From IMG/VR virus record IMGVR_UViG_2695420485_000001: DNA of 10,884 nt; one strand, given 5' to 3'. Below the pieces are notes generated by a model that was not told the DNA's origin, did no database searches, and saw only the letters and a program-made list of their open reading frames with translations. This document shows positions 7,486-10,884 of this stretch, one piece after another; position 1 is the first letter of the stretch; each line of letters starts with the position of its first letter. Position numbers and translations under genes: made by a program. This stretch comes from a virus (Duplodnaviria; Heunggongvirae; Uroviricota; Caudoviricetes).

Positions 7486-8090
7486 TGGCTAAACCAGCGC
7501 GAAGGAAATGCAAAATCTGTAAGGAATGGTTTCACCCGGCATTCTCAAATCAGTGGTGGTGCAGCCCGGAACACGGAACTAAATTAGCACTCGAACGACG
7601 AAATAAAGAACGCGAAAAGGCGGAAAAAACAGCAGAGAAGAAACGACGACGAGAGGAGCAGAAACAGAAAGATAAAATTAAGATTCGAAAACTCGCCTTA
7701 AAGCCCCGCAGTTACTGGATTAAACAAGCCCAACAAGCCGTAAACGCCTTCGTCAGAGAAAGAGACCGCGACTTACCATGTATCTCGTGCGGAACGCTCA
7801 CGTCTGCTCAGTGGGATGCCGGACATTACCGGACAACTGCTGCGGCACCTCAACTCCGATTTGATGAACGCAATATTCACAAGCAATGCGTGGTGTGCAA
7901 CCAGCACAAAAGCGGAAATCTCGTTCCGTATCGCGTCGAACTGATTAGCCGCATCGGGCAGGAAGCAGTAGAGGAAATCGAATCAAACCATAACCGCTAT
8001 CGCTGGACTGTCGAAGAGTGCAGGGCCATCAAGGCGGAGTATCAACAGAAACTTAAAAAACTGCGAAACAGCAGAAGTGAGGTTGCATGA
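7485..8090 (+). CDS. ninG: NinG (Rap recombination endonuclease), 201 aa
   Basis: [31 protein letters not shown]...CISCG...[11 protein letters not shown], near-identical to lambda NinG as recalled, with the Cys-rich motifs. Confidence 0.9.
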   Translation: MAKPARRKCKICKEWFHPAFSNQWWCSPEHGTKLALERRNKEREKAEKTAEKKRRREEQKQKDKIKIRKLALKPRSYWIKQAQQAVNAFVRERDRDLPCISCGTLTSAQWDAGHYRTTAAAPQLRFDERNIHKQCVVCNQHKSGNLVPYRVELISRIGQEAVEEIESNHNRYRWTVEECRAIKAEYQQKLKKLRNSRSEVA

Positions 8091-8758
8091 ATATCTACGA
8101 AAGAATTGATGGCAGCAAATACCGAAATATTTGGGTAGTTGGCGATCTGCACGGATGCTACACGAACCTGATGAAAAAACTGGAGACGATAGGATTCGAC
8201 ACCAAAAAAGACCTGCTTATCTCGGTGGGCGATTTGGTTGATCGCGGTACAGAGAACGTAGAATGCCTGGAATTAATCACATTCCCCTGGTTCAGAGCTG
8301 TACGTGGAAACCATGAGCAAATGATGATTGATGGCTTATCAGAGCGTGGAAACGTCAATCACTGGATGCTTAATGGCGGTGGCTGGTTCTTTAATCTCGA
8401 TTACGACAAAGAAATTCTGGCTAAAGCTCTTGCCCATAAAGCAGATGAACTTCCGTTAATCATCGAACTGGTGAGCAAAGATAAAAAATATGTCATCTGC
8501 CACGCCGATTATCCTTGTGACGAATACGAGTTTGGAAAGCCAGTTGATCATCAGCAGGTAATCTGGAACCGAGAACGAATCAGCAACTCACAAGACGGGA
8601 TCGTGAAAGAAATTAAAGGCGCGGACACGTTCATCTTTGGTCATACGCCAGCAGTGAAACCGCTCAAATTTGCCAACCAGATGTATATCGATACCGGCGC
8701 AGTGTTCTGCGGAAAGCTCACATTGATTCAGGTACAGGGAGAAGGCGCGTGGGCATAA
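8087..8758 (+). CDS. ninI: NinI Ser/Thr protein phosphatase (lambda PPase), 223 aa
   Basis: Calcineurin-like metallophosphatase motifs GDLHG, GDLVDRG, GNHE; near-identical to lambda phosphatase as recalled. ATGA overlap with the ninG stop. Confidence 0.93.
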   Translation: MNIYERIDGSKYRNIWVVGDLHGCYTNLMKKLETIGFDTKKDLLISVGDLVDRGTENVECLELITFPWFRAVRGNHEQMMIDGLSERGNVNHWMLNGGGWFFNLDYDKEILAKALAHKADELPLIIELVSKDKKYVICHADYPCDEYEFGKPVDHQQVIWNRERISNSQDGIVKEIKGADTFIFGHTPAVKPLKFANQMYIDTGAVFCGKLTLIQVQGEGAWA

Positions 8759-9237
8759 GAGAACTAAACCTCACCAAAGAACAGCATGAGTGGCTGAATG
8801 GCTGGCTTGAACTGTGGGGCGCATGGGTTTATTCAGGTCGTCTGGAAAAGCGCATGAGCAGCGTAATAGCGAAGTTCATGGAGAGCGTAGAGCCGGGAAG
8901 AGTTATGACAAGACCAATGTGCAATGATGATGATGGAATGTTGATTTCTCAGGTCGTCGATTCCGTCATGTACATTGACAAGAAAGCCTTTGGCATCCTC
9001 CTCAGCTACTACGCTCATGGTTCTTCCAGGCACGCCATTGCATCTTACTATCATCGCGTCGCAAGACCTCGCAAGATGTTATGCCGGGGCGGCGGGCGCA
9101 TTCAAAAACCATCGCTCGCAACCTGTCGACGGGAAGTTGACGAAATCCTTAATGCCTCGTTGTTTATGATTTACCCGGTTCTGGATAGTGCGTTTAAAAA
9201 CCGGAAACGTGTAGAGAAAATTAAACATGTAGCATAG
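8749..9237 (+). CDS. Q: Late-gene antiterminator Q of the non-lambda (phage 82/21, DLP12 QuuD-like) family, 162 aa
   Basis: Occupies the Q slot between ninI and the PR'/tRNA region. Shares WGAW and P-x-C-x-DDD-x-M-I motifs with DLP12 QuuD as recalled; not similar to lambda Q. Likely GTG start at 8749 preceded by GGAGAAGG. Confidence 0.65.
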   Translation: MGIRELNLTKEQHEWLNGWLELWGAWVYSGRLEKRMSSVIAKFMESVEPGRVMTRPMCNDDDGMLISQVVDSVMYIDKKAFGILLSYYAHGSSRHAIASYYHRVARPRKMLCRGGGRIQKPSLATCRREVDEILNASLFMIYPVLDSAFKNRKRVEKIKHVA

Positions 9238-9243
9238 AACGTG

Positions 9244-9272
9244 TTGACATCATTGAGCAAATGAGCAACACT
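9244..9272 (+). promoter_or_regulatory. Candidate late promoter PR' (-35 TTGACA at 9244-9249; -10 uncertain, AACACT at 9267-9272)
   Basis: Consensus -35 immediately after the Q stop, in the position expected for PR'/qut. The -10 is weak, so the transcription start is uncertain. Confidence 0.35.
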
Positions 9273-9282
9273 ATTGGCATAA

Positions 9283-9326
9283 GCTGCCGTTAGTGACTCT
9301 TAAGTTGCAACGGTGGCTTTTTTATT
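9283..9326 (+). terminator. Hairpin plus U-tract just downstream of the PR' candidate (tR'-like, or the Q-modifiable pause/terminator)
   Basis: 9-bp stem gctgccgtt (9283-9291) / aacggtggc (9309-9317) with two G-U pairs and a 17-nt loop containing the palindrome GTTGCAAC, followed by TTTTTTATTT. Confidence 0.45.
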
Positions 9327-9327
9327 T

Positions 9328-9402
9328 GGGTCAGTCGTATAAAGGTCATTACGGAAGGCTGTTAACCTTCTTATCGTGGTTCGAGTCCACGCTGTCCCGC
9401 CA
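9328..9402 (+). tRNA. tRNA-like gene, 75 nt, anticodon loop CUGUUAA (GUU, Asn-type); one U-U mismatch in the acceptor stem
   Basis: Manual cloverleaf: acceptor gggtcag/ctgtccc (6 of 7 paired), D-arm gtat-aaaggtca-ttac, anticodon stem gaagg/ccttc, T-arm cgtgg-ttcgagt-ccacg, discriminator G, encoded CCA. Confidence 0.55.
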
Positions 9403-9407
9403 AACAT

Positions 9408-9483
9408 GCTGGTTTAGCTCCAATGGTAGAGCAACTGACTTGTAATCATCAGGTCGCCAGTTCGATTCCGGTAGCCGGCACCA
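9408..9483 (+). tRNA. tRNA-Thr-like gene, 76 nt, anticodon UGU (loop CUUGUAA); weakened anticodon stem and one T-stem mismatch
   Basis: Resembles E. coli tRNA-Thr(UGU) as recalled (GAGCAACTGACTTGTAATCA...AGGTC...CCAGTTCGATTCCGGTAG...CACCA). Acceptor gctggtt/agccggc includes two G-U pairs. Only 3 of 5 anticodon-stem pairs form (tcatc instead of tcagt). Confidence 0.6.
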
Positions 9484-9486
9484 TAT

Positions 9487-9561
9487 GCGGGTACCGTATA
9501 ATGGCTATTACCTCAGCCTTCCAGTCTGATGATGCGGGTTCGATTCCCGCTACCCGCTCCA
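9487..9561 (+). tRNA. tRNA-like gene, 75 nt, anticodon loop CUUCCAG (UCC, Gly-type by manual fold); C at position 8 and a C-U mismatch closing the anticodon stem
   Basis: Perfect 7-bp acceptor gcgggta/tacccgc, D-arm gtat-aatggcta-ttac (same architecture as the first tRNA-like gene), T-arm gcggg-ttcgatt-cccgc, encoded CCA. Confidence 0.5.
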
Positions 9562-9573
9562 GATTTATTATCA

Positions 9574-9598
9574 GGCTCGCTTCGGCGGGCTTTTTTTG
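9574..9598 (+). terminator. Rho-independent terminator after the tRNA cluster
   Basis: gctcgc ttcg gcgggc, a 6-bp stem with one G-U, then TTTTTTT. Confidence 0.7.
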
Positions 9599-9649
9599 TA
9601 TCTGCGTTACACCATTAACTAATAAATCGAGTGCTTATCAGGAGGCTAT

Positions 9650-9874
9650 GTGAAAAAGCTGATGGTGACGATTGGTCCGTTCGAAACAGAAGTTAGTTTT
9701 CGTGTCGTTCAGGGGGAGAGTGTACTTGTTGAAGATGTATTTCATGGAAAATCAACAGGTCCTTATGTAAAAGAATATTTTGTCGACGCCACGGATGAAA
9801 ATATTGAGGTGGTGTACGATTCCGTCAATCACCCTAATTTGATCATTAAGGCAAAATTGAAACCACTTTATTGA
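9650..9874 (+). CDS. Hypothetical small protein, 74 aa
   Basis: AGGAGG at 9640-9645, GTG start at 9650 with short 4-nt spacing; alternative ATG at 9662 is far from the SD. No family recognised. Located between the tRNA cluster and the downstream late region. Confidence 0.5.
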   Translation: MKKLMVTIGPFETEVSFRVVQGESVLVEDVFHGKSTGPYVKEYFVDATDENIEVVYDSVNHPNLIIKAKLKPLY

Positions 9875-9926
9875 TCTGAGCGGGAGCAATCATAAAATAT
9901 CTCTGGGTACCCATAAGGAGATAAAT

Positions 9927-10136
9927 ATGTTTGTTGCTGAAGGGGTAATGGAAGATAAGGACAACAAAGGATGTGTTAAAGGTTGGGCTGTGGTAAGAAA
10001 CTCGCCATGGCATCTTGTTGGGGTTTTTGCGACAGAGGAAGACGCGGAAATGGAAGCAAGAAAGACGGGAGATGAGTACGAGGTTCACTATGGCTCGCAT
10101 CGAACAGGAAGTGATGATTTTGTCTGGGGGGAGTAA
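9927..10136 (+). CDS. Hypothetical small acidic protein, 69 aa
   Basis: Strong AAGGAG Shine-Dalgarno 7 nt before the ATG at 9927. Followed by a terminator. No family recognised. Confidence 0.6.
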   Translation: MFVAEGVMEDKDNKGCVKGWAVVRNSPWHLVGVFATEEDAEMEARKTGDEYEVHYGSHRTGSDDFVWGE

Positions 10137-10169
10137 CAGTCGTTTAACCCCAGAATAATCCCGTAACTG

Positions 10170-10195
10170 AGGTCGCTATTGGCGGCCTTTTTTTG
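10170..10195 (+). terminator. Rho-independent terminator after the two small ORFs
   Basis: ggtcgc tattg gcggcc stem-loop followed by TTTTTTT; near-duplicate of the 9574-9598 terminator and its downstream motif. Confidence 0.7.
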
Positions 10196-10326
10196 TATCC
10201 GCGCCACGCCCGGCGCATATCAACCACAGAGCCTTTCGGGGGTGAGCTTACGGAGTGGTCAGTGTGACTTTCTCTGTGGGCAGATCGCTCCCGGGCGTTG
10301 GCTCACCCACCCAAAGGAACGTCACG

Positions 10327-10758
10327 ATGTTTGGTATTTTTGGTAAAAAAGCCCGCCGAGCGGCAGTGGAAATTAAAAAGTTTGAGAAACGTGATCTGGC
10401 ACAGGCGGTTATTAATGCTGCCTATCTGGTGGCCTATGCAGATGGTGAATGTGAGGCTTCAGAGAAAGCGAAGATCGAGCAGGTCTTGCGTAACCAGCCT
10501 GCGTTGTCCGCGTTTACGTCAGAAATTAATGCGATTAGCGCAACCATTATCGGTCAGCTGGATACGAACTTTAAAACTGGTCGTCGAGCGGCATTGCGTG
10601 AAATTGAAGATGTGAAACACGATACGCGTGAAGCGGAAGATGTGCTGGATGTGGCGGTGGCCATTGCGGAGGCAGACGGCGAAATTGAGCCGGAAGAGCG
10701 CAAGGTGCTGGAAGAGATTGCCGGTGTTCTGGGTCTTCGTCTGGAGAATCACCTGTGA
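10327..10758 (+). CDS. TerB-like (tellurite-resistance TerB family) domain protein, 143 aa
   Basis: From the ATG at 10327 (MFGIFGKKARRAAVEIKK...); the track ORF begins at an upstream alternative start. Two VA-x-ADG-E acidic repeats (LVAYADGECEASEKAKIE and VAIAEADGEIEPEERKVLEEIAGVLG) typical of TerB. Confidence 0.65.
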   Translation: MFGIFGKKARRAAVEIKKFEKRDLAQAVINAAYLVAYADGECEASEKAKIEQVLRNQPALSAFTSEINAISATIIGQLDTNFKTGRRAALREIEDVKHDTREAEDVLDVAVAIAEADGEIEPEERKVLEEIAGVLGLRLENHL

Positions 10759-10884
10759 CGGTAAAACTGCGCCTGGCTGTGGCTGCACTCCTGCTGTTTC
10801 TGGTGGTGATGGTGGATTTCACCAGCAGAATCATGTCGGTGCTGGCGGATGGGGTGCTGGTCTGCGGCATTGTGGTATTGCTGT
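10755..10884 (+). CDS. 5' part of a membrane protein (VTVKLRLAVAALLLFLVVMVDFTSRIMSVLADGVLVCGIVVLL...), continues beyond the window
   Basis: GTG at 10755 overlaps the TerB-like stop (GTGA), suggesting translational coupling. Hydrophobic reading frame with no stop before the window end. Absent from the ORF track because it is open-ended. Confidence 0.45.
   Translation, partial: MTVKLRLAVAALLLFLVVMVDFTSRIMSVLADGVLVCGIVVLL

Noticed and set aside
8158-9169. ORFs 8158-8358 (minus), 8833-9054 (minus) and 8975-9169 (plus)
   Set aside because: Shadows within ninI and Q.
9423-9653. Plus-strand 76-aa ORF spanning the tRNA cluster
   Set aside because: Reads straight through two tRNA-like genes and the terminator; an artefact of an open frame across structured RNA genes.
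9846-10100. Minus-strand 84-aa ORF
   Set aside because: Antisense to the 69-aa gene, which has a strong Shine-Dalgarno; opposite to late transcription.
10298-10870. ORFs 10298-10615 (plus), 10519-10788 (minus) and 10571-10870 (minus)
   Set aside because: Alternative-frame or antisense to the TerB-like gene and the coupled membrane ORF; Arg/Pro-rich shadow composition.

Overview
This window is the early-right/immunity region of a mosaic lambdoid prophage, read left to right: pL/OL with a nutL boxB, a leftward operon ending in cI, OR/PR, cro, nutR, a cII homolog with the antisense OOP RNA, O (containing the ori iterons), P, ren, a terminator, ninB, ninE, an inserted module (promoter, short terminated leader, ORF6N-domain protein, Rha/KilA-C regulator), ninG, ninI phosphatase, a non-lambda Q antiterminator, a PR'-like region, three tRNA-like genes, two small terminator-bounded ORFs, and a TerB-like protein coupled to a membrane protein that runs off the window. 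Identifications of cI, cro, O, P, ren, ninB, ninG and ninI rest on near-identity to the phage lambda proteins as I recall them; nothing was searched against a database. The most interesting locus is the rexAB slot: rexA/rexB are absent and replaced by an AT-rich three-gene leftward cassette (51-aa two-helix peptide, 88-aa soluble protein, 216-aa coiled-coil/single-TM protein) that I cannot assign to any known family, making it a candidate exclusion or abortive-infection module. Other points worth follow-up are the tRNA-like genes with non-canonical features, a duplicated terminator motif framing a two-ORF moron in the position where Stx phages carry toxin genes, the nin-region insertion with its repeat-rich leader, and single-base operator differences from canonical lambda. 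All coordinates for RNA structures and promoters come from manual folding and motif reading and need computational confirmation.
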